The notes under the pieces are model-generated. The model searched no databases, was not told where the DNA came from, and saw only the letters and a list, made by a program, of their open reading frames with translations. A stretch of DNA of 57,896 nt, the filler included, from Squatina squatina (Eukaryota): NCBI GenBank assembly GCA_031763465.1. It is 4 parts of 4 records of this genome, joined end to end, with 100 filler letters (N's around TTAATTAATTAA, not from the genome) between each part and the next. Parts side by side here need not be neighbours in the genome. Positions count along the whole stretch, not along the records: positions 27,273 to 42,649 come from JARFOE010000100.1; positions 42,750 to 57,896 come from JARFOE010000234.1; 2 more parts are not named here. The stretch is one strand, 5' to 3'. Positions 35,995 through 49,186 of this stretch are shown in pieces (the first letter of the stretch is position 1; each line of letters opens with the position of its first letter). The position numbers and the translations under genes were made by a program.

Positions 35995-38991
35995 AACATA
36001 ATTAATGTTGACAAACTATTTCATATTCAGCAAAGATATGCAACTTTGCCAGTCATAATGTATCTCTAAAATGTAACTAAATAATTAACTAACTTTTTTG
36101 CATGTTTGAATGTTGTGTTTACTTATGAGAATTCTGAAAGCTGCAACAGAAATCCATTTTTGAAGAATGTCTCTTCTATAGCATATATGATCTTAATGCC
36201 CAAACACTGAATCTGGGAGTATACTTAGTGCATGTTATTGCTCCTCAAATCTCCTATTAAAGAAAATGACCTCAAAAAATAAGTATTCTTCAGAGTGGTA
36301 TCCTTTGGTTTCCATTAGAGTATTTTGTCAATGAGGCATATGCAGAGGTTTTGTTTCATGTAATAAGAAACCACAACTGAAAAGCTTTGCATGGTTTACA
36401 TAAAATGAAATGTGCCTTTTGGGAATTGTACAAGAGATACTACAATACCCATCTGGAACAGTGTTTTGTAGTCTGCCTCGGTTTAGAACTATACATCTTA
36501 TAAAGCATTTCTTGGTTTATAATATTAAGACTGAATGCATAGTCAAGTAAAATGAATCATTGAATGCTCACATTTTTCCAACTTCAAGCATCTTAAAGTT
36601 TCTCTCTTATTTTTATCAATTGACCTAAAATGATAAATGCTGCATTAACTCATGGGTACTTTGCAGCTATACACGTGTGCACATTTTCTAACAATCATTT
36701 GCTAAAGCAAATTTCAAGGATGAATATCAAAATGGATGACAAATGCAAAAAGTTGCATGAAATTTCTTTACAGTAAAGTTGAAAATTCCAAATATTTTAT
36801 GTAATCATGTTACATTTTGGTGTATTCGCTACATAAATGCACAAAAAATTAAATAATTTAGCTTTTCCTGTTACTTCTTCAAATTGGGGGGAAAAAAACA
36901 GCATACAATGAATGACCAACTGTTCCTCTAAGAGTAACAAATGTGCAAATACACACTAGTTTAAACTTGATCTATCAGGGAGCTATTGAACCATGAAGAC
37001 TGAGGGTTAATCAGGACGTTGTGGAAACAAAGGCTGCCAGACCAGCAGAGACGCTACTGTGCGCCTCACATCTGTGCCTCTCTTCACACCCCTTTCTCAA
37101 TATCACTTGGTACCTGTAGACTAAAACTGAATAGACGAATATACATAATTCCCAAATATTCCCACATATAATCTGAAAGCTTTCTAAAATATAGCAGGTT
37201 TAAATAAACAAAACTAAACCCACATTGAATGTATCTCAGGATACAAAAACTGACTGCTGTTTTCTGTTAATATAAAACTGACCAAAGTTAATATGTAACA
37301 TTCAAATGAAAGATCATGCTTCACTGCACTAAATGTAGGCACTAGCCTGATCTGTGTCTTTGCCAACTGCAGCATATGTTGATAAAGGTACTCATGAAAA
37401 TCAGAAAATAATACAAGATATAGTAACTGTACTATGACTTCACAAACATTTAAGTGATCCGTGGTGAAAAATATGGCCCCAGTGTCCAGAATATCATCCA
37501 CTGATATAGGTATAAAAGCTTTAGAATTGTTGATAAACTCTACAAGCAATTCAGGAAACAAACTTTTAAAATAGCTGCAAATCCATATATGTCATACAAA
37601 TAAAATTACCTGAACAATACTGTATTTCTATATTTCTAAGTCTTCCACAAAGTTTAAAGGAAATAAAATTTAGTGTGATATGTTTNNNNNNNNNNNNNNN
37701 NNNNNNNNNNNNNNNNNNNNNNNNNNNNNNNNNNNNNNNNNNNNNNNNNNNNNNNNNNNNNNNNNNNNNNNNNNNNNNNNNNNNNGCTTAATTTATGTAC
37801 TCCTCTAATCTACCTATGTATATTTTAAAAGTCTTATGTATGGCATGCATGTCTGCACACATTACCCTTACTTCCTGTTTTTTTTTGTCAACATTTAGCT
37901 GTCGCACGTTGATTAGATTAAAGTATGACAGCAATTCAAAGCTCAGAGTTAGGGAAAAAATAAATCAAAAGCCAGATAAACATGAGAAAACTGCCGATGA
38001 CAAACTGCCAAGTACTGACAAAAATGTCAATTGAGCAATCAAAAAAACCTATAAATAAAAAAGAGCAAAAATATAATGAACCAAGCAAATTATTAAAAAT
38101 GTTTTTTTAGAAAATGTTGTCGGCCATCTTTTCTCACTGACTGAAATTTCAAATATCCAAAACTAGGTTTGACACAAAATAATTTTTTTAAAATCTCACA
38201 TTTCACAATAACATGATTATAATTATCTGTTGAATTGCTTTTGTTTCTTTAAATGTCTGCCTTAAAGTTTTTATTTCAAGGCCTTAGCCTGTCTCAAAAG
38301 CCTGGCTTCAACTGAATATTTTTCCCAGAACAGGTGACGAGAGTATTCAGCGTATATTCAGTTTGCAGGATTGCCTGGCATGCATCAATAGGTTTCTCTA
38401 AGTTGAAGTAGAAAGATGACCCCCATATCCTGGTGAGGATTTGAGTTTTTGTGCTTGTTTTAAAACACTGAAGGAAATTGGTGACTGTGTTCTCTGAAAA
38501 CTTTATTTCAGAACTAAAGAGATAAGAAGATAAAAATAAAAAGAGATGGCATTGGCATCAAAGCTGCCAATTAAGGATGTATTAGAAACAACCAACCCTA
38601 AATGAGCAGCCAGGAGAACCTATCAATAAAATAAAGGATTAAATGAGCTGATCAAATCAGTCAAAACATTTTTGACCACCATTTATTTTTCTCAATAACT
38701 GAAATATCTGAATGTTTAATATAAGGTTTTGAGCAAAATAAAATCAAAGATTACATATATCACTATAACATGATTATCTATACCCATTGACTTGCCTTTT
38801 AATACCTGTCTCTCCAGTCTGGATGTTTTTTTCTCCAGTATAGCTAAAAGGTCTGACCAAACACACATTCAGTCTGAGCATTTGCAATTTACAGAATCTT
38901 GCAACATGCGTCAAAAGGATTTTCTGAATTGAAGTCAAAGGATGACTCTCCTTTTGATTTCAGTGTCCGTTTACTTTTTCTGGAAAACTGT

Positions 38992-39130
38992 GAAACATAG
39001 AAACATAGAAAATAGGAGCAGGAGTAGGCTATTCGGCCCTTCGAGCCTGCTCTGCCATTCAATATGATCATGGCTGATCATACAAATTCAGTACCCTGTT
39101 CCTGCTTTCTCCCCATATCCCTTGATCCCT
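38992..39130 (-). mobile_element. CR1-type (HER1-like) LINE 3' end, cut by gap
   Basis: (GAAACATA)2 tail followed by AGGAGCAGGAGTAGGCTATTCGGCCCTTCGAGCCTG; near-identical to 8050-8243. Confidence 0.88.
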
Positions 39131-39563
39131 NNNNNNNNNNNNNNNNNNNNNNNNNNNNNNNNNNNNNNNNNNNNNNNNNNNNNNNNNNNNNNNNNNNNNN
39201 NNNNNNNNNNNNNNNNNNNNNNNNNNNNNNGAACTAATGTTTTATATAGTACACACTGAATGTAGAATCTAAAAGCACAATAACATAACAGCATTACTGT
39301 ATGTTTTTTGAATCATTAAATAGAAATAACTTGCTTAGTTTGATAATTTGTGAAATTATACCATATGAACAGCCAGAAAGGAACATATTTATATAACCTT
39401 TACAATTCTCCTCTGCTTTGATAAGTATGTCACAGCTATGATATATTTAATTGTCAAATTGTCAAAAACTGGCCAACTCAATATGTAATTGGGCATTGTA
39501 TCAAAATAATTGTCAAAGATACAAATGTAGGTATAAATTGTCATACCAAGTCTCTTCACTTAC

Positions 39564-39806
39564 CATTCAGAACATCTTTCAAGTATTTAAACCAAATGTT
39601 ACAGTGGTCTTCACTTAAATTGCTTAGATGAACAGCACGGTCTTTGAGCTTATGTTTGCCCTTGTTAATACACACAAAGATGGTGATTCCTAACAGAGTT
39701 CCTCCTTTTTGTTGTCCCACAGATCGTCGACGCTTCATCTTTACAGCAAACACTTCTTTCAGCTCCACAAATTCCGCCTTATGTTGAGAAATCACCTTAT
39801 CATCAC
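39564..39806 (-). CDS. CERKL: Ceramide kinase-like protein, internal exon (equivalent to human exon 2, PH-like region)
   Basis: atag| 243 nt |gtaagt. Encodes DDKVISQHKAEFVELKEVFAVKMKRRRSVGQQKGGTLLGITIFVCINKGKHKLKDRAVHLSNLSEDHCNIWFKYLKDVLN, matching human EFIELKDIFSVKLKRR...GTLLGITLF...NLSEDHCDIWF as recalled. Confidence 0.96.
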
Positions 39807-42231
39807 CTATATCAAAAACATAGCATCACTTTCAGGAAGACGTTTTGCCATTTACAGATCATTAAGTCACCTTTATATTTCATCTCATATGGCATTGGTT
39901 ACAAAAATAGCTGTCTTCCTGCTGGTTTCCCATTCTTATTTTGTCTGTCTCTCTCTTTGTCTTCAATTCTTTGTCTTTCACTGTTTCGCCCCGTCTTTCT
40001 GCAAGTCTCTATTCTCCTGTGTCTCTTTTCTATATCTGACACTTTCTGTATGCATCTCACACAGGTTGCTTTACTGATTTATTCAGTTTATGTCTTTTTC
40101 CTTTTTAAAGCCCAGAACATACAGCAAGATGGCAGCCAACATCTACAGTGATTATCATATTGGACATTGCTTGCTACAACATTCACACAGGAAAACAGAT
40201 GGGAGGGAAGCAGAGGGTTCAGGCTGAGATGGAGCAGGAGGCTAAATAAATAACTGAAATAATATTATTTATTTTGTATGAATTATATAACGATTGTGTA
40301 TTCATTTGATATGCTGTACATTTTATATAACCATGTTTAATTCTTAAATTGCATTACATACAGATTACGCAAGTGGTAGCAAAGTTNNNNNNNNNNNNNN
40401 NNNNNNNNNNNNNNNNNNNNNNNNNNNNNNNNNNNNNNNNNNNNNNNNNNNNNNNNNNNNNNNNNNNNNNNNNNNNNNNNNNNNNNCTATTCATGTCCCC
40501 AGTTAGGAGATAATTTTTCTCCCCTTCCAATCATATCACATTGATTAGTAAATAGGTTTGTAGCTTTGAAGGATGGCTGGATTAAAATTTATCCTTTTAA
40601 TTAATGTGCATCTACCAAAGATAGTTTATCCAAAATGAACCATATTAAAAGGACAACAGACTTAGACCTAATGCGCTTGTTGTTGCTCAAGGGTGTGCAA
40701 GTCACACCTTCTGTGTCTACATATTTCTTAGCACTAGCAACCTCTACACTAATACCACCAACAAACATAGCCTGTTTTCTTCTGTGTGTAACTTGCTTCC
40801 AAGTTCTTTGGATAAGCTTTTTAATTTCAGTAATGTATATGACACTCATGTAGATAAACTGTAAAATGCTACCATATGACAAATACTAATATGTTGAGTT
40901 TGTTCCAAGCATTATAATCTTTTCAATTGAAGAAAAGAAAATGTTTGTTGCAACATGTGTGCTATAAGAACCATTCCCCTTTAATACCTTGGTTTGTACC
41001 ACCATATGCCTTCTCTGGAAGGGGAAAGTGGTTAATGAGGTGGAAGTGAAAATGTCTGTTCCTGCTGACAATGATAATGAACTTTTTGAGGGTAAGCTAA
41101 AATGTTTCAGTTTCACTGATTTGACAGTAATGAGATCTGGCTGCATCTTTGTGCTGCTTGCAATTGCAATCTTTCTCCGATTCTCTGTTTCAACTAGTTT
41201 TACAACCACATTTACTCTGCTCCTCATGTGATTTCTTTTGAAGTTAACACCATTTCATGGAAGGTTTTTGTAACTTTTTCAGAATTATTCATACACTGGC
41301 ATACAAAAATTGTTAATAATACATATTATTTACAGAATGAGAGTGCAATTCCTAGAAGACTCCATCTATCCAAGATCACAAGCCCATTAGAAAGTATCAA
41401 GTAATCTTGTGTGAATCCTATTGTTTTAATTCAGGTTCCCAATACGCATCTCTCATCCTGACTGGAAAAGGCAGATTCCAGTCAGCTGTCTCTGCTGATC
41501 CTCAATTATGCATCTATCCTTGACACTAAATGCTAATCCTTGCCCCTCTCTTACCTTACAGACGAAACAAATGTAGCGCGCCGAGGCCAAGGAACTGGAG
41601 GAGGGCAGTACTCACGATGACAACAATGTCACTCAACTTTACCTCAGCAGGCACCAGCTCAGAGACTAGCACTTCGTGTACTTTACTGGAGAGGCTAGCG
41701 GGGTCGGCACNNNNNNNNNNNNNNNNNNNNNNNNNNNNNNNNNNNNNNNNNNNNNNNNNNNNNNNNNNNNNNNNNNNNNNNNNNNNNNNNNNNNNNNNNN
41801 NNNNNNNNNNTCTGAGAATAGTGCTTCCAGATGGGAGTACAAATATATTAGTGCCTCCATGTACAAATTCAGCTCCAAGCCAATTCTTTAGATGAGAGTG
41901 GCAAGCTACCAGGTGCATTGTGCCAGTTATAAGTATCACATGATTCGTAAGGTGTGGAACATTGCCAGTGCAATCCATGCTGTTGCCAGAGAGGCTGTCC
42001 TCACTGTCATTGAGGAAAACATTCAGAATGCCAAGATGCTGCCTCCAACAGGCCTGTGGTGTTCTTAAGCTGATCCAAGAGACACCTGATACAAATTTAA
42101 AATCAGCTGATTGAAATAATTCACTATTGTCTAATAACATTACCTTTGGATCAAAGGAGCTTCTCCAAGTTTCTTTGTCTTCGAGATGTCAGTGAACCAG
42201 TGGAGTTATTTTCCCTGTCAGGTATCATATT

Positions 42232-42330
42232 AAAAAAGAAAGACCTGCATTTATATAGTGCCTTTCACAGCCTTAGGACATCACAAAACACTTTACAGCC
42301 ATGTATTTTTGAAGTTGTAATGTAAGAAAT
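42232..42330 (-). mobile_element. DeuSINE-type 3' tail fragment
   Basis: AAAGAAAGACCTGCATTTATATAGTGCCTTTCAC... matches the copy starting at 51384. Confidence 0.75.
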
Positions 42331-42649
42331 ATAAAATATTAAAACCCATTAGCATTCCATGCCATAAAACCTATACCTGCAGCAGGATAAATTAGGTTTC
42401 TGCGTCAACTATTTTGGTCTCCAAATATACTGAACCTTAAGAAGCATCTTGAACTTTAGAAATCTCAGTAAGTTCCTGAAAATCAAGAGTTAAAAATGGT
42501 CACTCTCCTCACAATAATTCTAGTAGTTTGTTTGGGGTTCTTTGTATCCTTTGTTGTATGCTTTGTAAATTCACTAGCTGGGACCAAAGGAGTTGAGAGG
42601 CACATTGCCTTACTGAGTTCAAGCTGTTGATGCTCAAGTCCCTAAAGAA

Positions 42650-42749
42650 NNNNNNNNNNNNNNNNNNNNNNNNNNNNNNNNNNNNNNNNNNNNTTAATTA
42701 ATTAANNNNNNNNNNNNNNNNNNNNNNNNNNNNNNNNNNNNNNNNNNNN
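42650..42749. other. Artificial contig linker
   Basis: 44 N + TTAATTAATTAA + 44 N. Confidence 0.95.
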
Positions 42750-43649
42750 GCAGCAGCAAAAGTGAACATTTCTGACAATCCTTCCTTTTCTGACCGTTTG
42801 TATAAAGATGAATTGCATTGCGGCCTAGATTTGTTGCTTTCCAACTCGGATGTTGAACACTGAGCTTTGCAAAGTGAATGATCCACCATGTGATGCAACT
42901 GATGTCTTTACACCATTATTATTGGTCATCTGGTCAAAACATTGTCAAAAAAACTGTCATGTAGAAATACCACAAGTTATTCCAATATGCTCTACTCTTA
43001 AAACAATTGTCAAAATGGTTTTAGACTATTAGATTATTTGTGTTGCAAGGTTAGTAAGAATTTCAACAGATGACAAGATGTATGGATGTGCACGATGGTG
43101 TTGGTTGAATATATTGGAAATACTAAATGGGCCCTACTTATTCTCCTAATTTTTGTTATGATTTATAATATTTGGGTCTGAATAAATAAGTTTACTTGCA
43201 TCAAGGTGGTTTGGCCATTAATAGGTGGAATTATGAGATTGATTATTTGGCTTCCCAAATTGCAGTATAAGAATGATAAAAAAGCATGTTTTACAAGTTA
43301 GCCCTCTGAATAGAGCTCCACAGATCAGAGTGTAATATTGGGAGGTTAGCCATTATCCATCCACTAAAGAATAAGGTAACAAAGGGCTAGTCAGTAAAAT
43401 TTAAAAAACAATTTAATTGACTTTCCAGTTTTGAAAGATAGGTGGAGATTACAGTCATTCATAAACAGCTTAGTTTTATATCCATACAGTATTGCCTTCG
43501 ATACTCATGAATTCCTGTCCAAAGAGATTTCAATTGTTAAAGCCAGCATAATTCCCCTTCCTTGCTGCTAGTCTTGTCCATGAAAATGTTGTTTGAGACT
43601 GGTGGGTGGACTTCTACATATTTAATCTGGCGGTCAGGGCAGAAGAGGA

Positions 43650-43762
43650 AAAGGATAAATGGTGGCCAGGACACCAGGGAGACATTCCCTGCTCTTCTTT
43701 GAAATATTGCATGGGGATCTTTTTCGTCCACCGGAGAGGGCAGATGCAGCCACCATTTAACA
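43650..43762 (-). mobile_element. DeuSINE central-domain fragment
   Basis: GGCCAGGACACCAGGGAGACATTCCCTGCTCTTCTTTGAAATATTGCATGGGGATCTTTT is the reverse complement of roughly 24270-24350. Confidence 0.75.
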
Positions 43763-44974
43763 TACTTTTTAAATGTGGTCATTTGGCAATAAGGATAAAA
43801 TGAGTTACCTTAAATAGGAAAAACAGTTAATTAAAAATCACACGTACAAATGCAATATTTTGGACTGAGGGTTTAGTTATGCTGATTTACATTAGCAAAG
43901 TTAAATTTTATGCTAAGTTAGACAACACTTTTTATTTCTGAGACACAAGAAACATTTAAATCTTTGTTGCTGAATGTTTTCTACTTCTTTTTCAGTTTAC
44001 AATGTTCTAAAGTCTTTAAACAGTCACCATGAAAAGAAAATGGAAATCTTTCATTTGATCAGCATGCATTTCCTGTTATATATAGTCCTAGTTACAAATG
44101 GCTCCACTTGTCATAAAGTTATAGACTGGAGAGACGAGGTAGAGCGATTGGATCATATATCTTGTCTGAACCAAGTTCTTCAAAACTGGCATCATTTGAA
44201 GCTCTGCAATATTTTTTCCTTCTCCAATAAATGTTAGAAGGTTTGTAATAAGGTTAATGAATCCATATATAACTTCTGCAGAATCATTGCACTGAGGTCA
44301 GCCTCGGTCAAAGCTGGCTTTTTTTCCACATTACAGAACCTCTAACATTAGCAGATACTTAAGCACTGCAGAAAATTCAGAGCTAGGGAATTCCACTCCT
44401 CCCATTCCCTTTGGCTGATATTTCTAGACAATAAAATAATGAGCTGCAAGATTTTAAAATAATGTAACATAGTCCTGTTGTATTTAAGGATTGGTGATTG
44501 TCTCTGAAAGCCTAAACTGACAATATGAATATGAATAGCACAACTTATTTAGGGTTTGTGTTGCAGAGGGGATTTCTGATCCAGAATAGGAATAATTCCT
44601 TTCCTCAGCCAGCTTTTATAATTTATGTTGCTGATACACTTCAGCTCTTAAGAAGATGAACCAAAGAAGGATAATCAACTGGACCCCCAAAAACCTGTAA
44701 TCACACTTGCATATCAAAAGCAAATATGCTTTTAAAAATGTACCAAATATTTTCTGTGGCTTTTCTTTTTCTTAGGATATTAATATTTTATGAATAAAAA
44801 AAGCTTTATGAAGCAAGAGTTTCTCTCCTCCAATTTTCCCTCCATTTTTTTCTGCTTACCCTTTTTTAAAGCCGATGACTTAAACTGGGGTATCACTGCT
44901 TGATGTCTGGTTATTTTTGCTTCTGAGGAGTATTTTGTGACGTTTTATTGACATAGTGGCAGAATATAAGATAT

Positions 44975-45172
44975 TATTGTTTCAGCATAGTCACTGGATA
45001 GTAAGCAAAAATAGAAATGTATGCTGACTTTCTAGTCTCGAAACATTAAAGCTAATTGCAGCATTTCAGGTGTTGTCCCAAGTGAGATAAGATTCCTCAG
45101 TGCAAACCAAAGGTCAATCCTGTGATTTTCCCAGTCACGCACCACCAAGTGCACCAAACCACTGAGCCATCT
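44975..45172 (-). mobile_element. Highly diverged copy of the 495-810 SINE family
   Basis: CAGCATAGTCACTGGATAG and the terminal CCACTGAGCCATC (A-box-like on the minus strand) align with the other copies. Confidence 0.4.
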
Positions 45173-47667
45173 TGTGCAATGGTAACAAATTTTACTTCAT
45201 TGAAAAGTTTTGTAACACGGCAGATGAAAGCAGACTGTTATTTCAGGTACTGGACCCATCTCCAAACTCTCAAGTATGTCAAAATTACCCCTTTTAAATG
45301 GCTCATTAATGGACTGTGGGTGAGCACAGGTAGTTCCGCAGACAGTGGGGGAAATCATCAGACAGTTACCCCATGCCATTTTCACTTACATGAGTTTGAA
45401 TCAAGCAGTGAAGAGGATACATTCTGCCCTCTGCAGGTGAAGAAGGTTGGCATTACTGATCTAGGGAACCTATAGTAAAAACAAGCCAACTGCGCCATTA
45501 TGAGCACTACATTAAGTTGCTCAGAAGTTATTAATGATCGATCAAGCTCTAGGTTTAGTTCCTGCAGTATTAACTCCCAGAAATATAGTAATCTAATAAT
45601 TAGTGCTGTATTTAATTATTAATTCAATAATTAAACATGAATTATGCCTTCAGCTTGTAGATGCAACATATCATTTGAGCCTTGCACGACCACTGGAGGA
45701 AGTAAAAGCTGAAGTAATGTGCAATATATCCCACATGTGTTTTGAATCCATTACATTAATGGAACATTACGTTATTGCCATCTGGTGCATGGTTGAACTG
45801 GACAATGTAAGGTATTGTGTTCTGTTCCAAAGCCATTGCCTCTCCTATTTTGCTGTATTATTATGTGCATCAAATGGTGCAGATTTTCTTCATTTATACT
45901 TGGGTATAACTAATCAGCTGGGCAGTGCAATTCAGACATTCAGGTGTGTATTGCATAAGATTTGCCAACCATTTTATTTTAGAATAATTATGGGCAAGGC
46001 ATGATTTGCATTCCTGACAGGTGTGGGCTCCCCGCTGGTNNNNNNNNNNNNNNNNNNNNNNNNNNNNNNNNNNNNNNNNNNNNNNNNNNNNNNNNNNNNN
46101 NNNNNNNNNNNNNNNNNNNNNNNNNNNNNNNNNNNNNNNTGGCACAAGCTAATTATATTTGAAAAGAATTATGCTAACTATTTTGCTACTAGCTAATTAG
46201 TCACAAAGGAAAATTAAATTATATTTTCCTAACTGTAGGTCCTATCTGGCAATATGCTTATTAAACAAATCTCAATTTATTTGAGCCAAGAGCACTATAT
46301 ATCACAAAAAGGTGGCTGGAGGATATAAAGTGTCTAGTAATTTAGTGATTAAAGGGTTAAAGATTGACTCTGCTGCCCTTTAAGGGATGAGTAAATCTCT
46401 GGAACCCTTTGAATTTCTGCTTTTAACAAACAGCAAACATCTTTTATTTTGCATGCAGACAAACACTTCTGTTAATCTGTGCTAATTACTCAGTTTGGAC
46501 CCTCTCATTTGTGTGGGTTAATTAAAGCACTTTTCCAATGAATACTGAGAAGCCCTACCCATCACTGCCTTGAAAATAAAGCACACACTGGGTAGTTCTC
46601 TCATTTGAAAACATGGCTGAGCTAATCCAGGATTGTTGAGGGAAAAGTAGATGGCTTTGCATGCATAGCCTTTTGTCTAAGCACTGTGACCGTTGATGTG
46701 GGAAAACATTCATGGGAAGGCTATTAGTTGGTATAATCAGACTGAAGTACTTATCAGAAAGCAAAGTGCAATTAGGCTAGAATTACAATTGGACTAATTA
46801 CAATTCAGAAGCTTTAGCTTCTTGGTAAATGCATAATTTTAACCCCACTTTTTGGCAACTTTTAATATTTTATTCCCTCACTCAGAAGGTTGGAACTGTC
46901 CTTCCTCCAGTCACATCAATGGATGACTTCAACATCACTTACTGAATTATCAGGAGCTGCACTTGAGCAGTGCAAGTGGGGCATTCTGTAAAGGACCCCA
47001 ACATCCACTCCCGTTTGATGATATAGATAGATAAAATACAGCAATGAATAAAAATTACAGCTCATTCTGTTACTGCTGATGAACAGATTAGCAGTTAACC
47101 TCCCTAAATCCAAATCCCTACAAGTCTCAAATACTTAAGTCTAGAATTTCAGCAAGTCTGAATTTGTTTTGCAGCAGCACCATCTGCTCTTATGTAGCAT
47201 CTAACGCAAAAGCAGAGAGTTAACAATCCCTCCAGAAAAGGCTTAAGGTAACGAGGAAAACTAAGAGAATGCAAGTATGATTCCAAATATTAGTCTTGCT
47301 TCAAAGTTGATTTTAAACGATCAAATTTTAAATAGATAAAACAACAGGTCTGAATTCATGGAAAAAGTCTTTAATTCATGGAGCAAATATTACACATTAT
47401 TGCATTAAGTCACAATGAATCCGAAATATTTCGTAACTGCTAAATATTCAAAGGTTTCTTGCAACAGCTAGTTAGAAATTATCTTTTTATCCTCCTACAG
47501 AGTGAGCTGGCAACAGAGCAAGATTAGTCGCCAAATTCCCATTTTGGAAATTGAGTGGGAATTCGGAGTAGAGAGGAGGAGGAGCAGAATCAGCTAATTG
47601 AAATTTAAGTAGATAAAGAATACAAACTTAAAACTTAGCTATAACTTCACTAACATTTATTGTAAAA

Positions 47668-47880
47668 ATGGCAGCACAGGAAGGGATAGTGATGTCAGGT
47701 TCCTGCAGGATGCGAGAGGTTAGAGTGGCAGTCATCGACTCAAACACGCATATCTGCAAGAAGTGGCTCCAACTGAGATTACTTGCACTCAATATCTCGG
47801 AATTTGAGGCCGAGTTGCAGACAATCTGATATTGGGGAGGGAGAGGTGTTTTTGGAGCAACAGTTTCAGAGGTAGCGAGC
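47668..47880 (+). mobile_element. CR1 ORF1 N-terminal zinc-finger/leucine-zipper remnant
   Basis: MAAQEGIVMSGSCRMREV...HICKKWLQLRLLALNISEFEAELQTI* resembles the CxxCxM...CxKC-zipper start of CR1 ORF1. Followed shortly by a gap. Confidence 0.65.
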
Positions 47881-48188
47881 TGGTGGTGGTGGTGAGGTGA
47901 TGATCTACAAGTCAGTGAAAGAGTGGAGGGANNNNNNNNNNNNNNNNNNNNNNNNNNNNNNNNNNNNNNNNNNNNNNNNNNNNNNNNNNNNNNNNNNNNN
48001 NNNNNNNNNNNNNNNNNNNNNNNNNNNNNNNGTAATCCAGAGATTATTACCTTTGAGGTCCTACTTTTTAATTATTATTATTATTATTTAACTATTCCCA
48101 GCACTCTTGAAATAAATAGAAATCTGACTTTGACAAAATCCAGTGATAAAAATAAAGACCAAATGAATGTTGGAATTCTGAAAAAATA

Positions 48189-48275
48189 TTGATGAGTGGC
48201 TGCACAGGAAACATTAACTAATCTTCCCTTTCAGATGCTAACCATTCCTCTCTGCATTTTTAGCATTTCTGAATT
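48189..48275 (+). mobile_element. Penelope-like terminal remnant with decayed hammerhead-like motif
   Basis: TTGATGA-GTGGCTGCAC-AG-GAAA-CA-TTAACT...CAGATGCT...TTTTAGCATTTCT is colinear with 14048-14135. Confidence 0.45.
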
Positions 48276-49186
48276 TACTGCGCTATTTGAAATATCATTT
48301 ATGTATCTTCACAGAGATACAGGAAAGATAGTATTCCCCCTTTCTCTTGTCCTGCATAAACGCCAGAGGCAGGATAGAAGTTGACACACTGAAACAGCTG
48401 GATAACTCTTTCCTTCTTCAGAATTTTCATGCTTTACCTTATTTCTCGCCTTATCACTAGAATCCAGTTGGGTCAATGCAGTACAGCAAAACTGTCTGCA
48501 AATATTATGCTTTTTCTACAGTGTTGGAATGCAAAGCATAAGTTAGCAGAACCTGGGGAGTACAATGCAAACAGCAGCATTTATATCTTACTTGTTAAAC
48601 ATGAAATACCCCAACAGATGATTAAAAAACTGTTGTGAAAATATGTTCAAGAATATATTAATAATATTTGCATATTTGAATTTCTATTTTTCAATTTCAT
48701 GGCTGGTTACTGTGACATTTGGTCATTTTTAATCTTGATCAATATTATGGAAGTCAGTAAGAGGACCAGGGTAGGTTAATTCTCACATTTTATATATTTT
48801 ACAAAAAAAATCTTCATCTTTCTGTTTACAAGTAAAGTTTAAATGTCAAATTGTGGGCCCTCCCGATTTACTTCCTAACTGGTGTTTGCTGTTCTTGTTT
48901 GTTCAACTAGTCCACTAACATTTAATAATGATGTTGGAAGTCCTCTTTTTGATCGTGCTGAGTTTAGAAAAAAGGCTGATTTTGCTTGCAAAGAATTTGA
49001 ATGCCAAAGAATCACACATGGACAGATTTTGGGGTGGGCTGAATTAAGTTGGGAGCTTCAATCATAGTTTCTGGAACAGAACGATTGTACTGAACAGAAT
49101 CCAAAGTCTGGAGATACAAGGGCAAAACAATTTGGAACCAATTCCACACATTCATCAGTGTACATGCTGCATTTGATCAATCAGCA

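Noticed and set aside
37214-37561. 115-aa minus ORF as the missing CERKL exon 3
   Set aside because: No resemblance to the expected NRPKSLK...NP.SHK...TDVT sequence.
45603-46004. 133-aa plus ORF with a possible internal AG...GT exon
   Set aside because: No recognisable domain and no neighbouring exons; compatible with chance.
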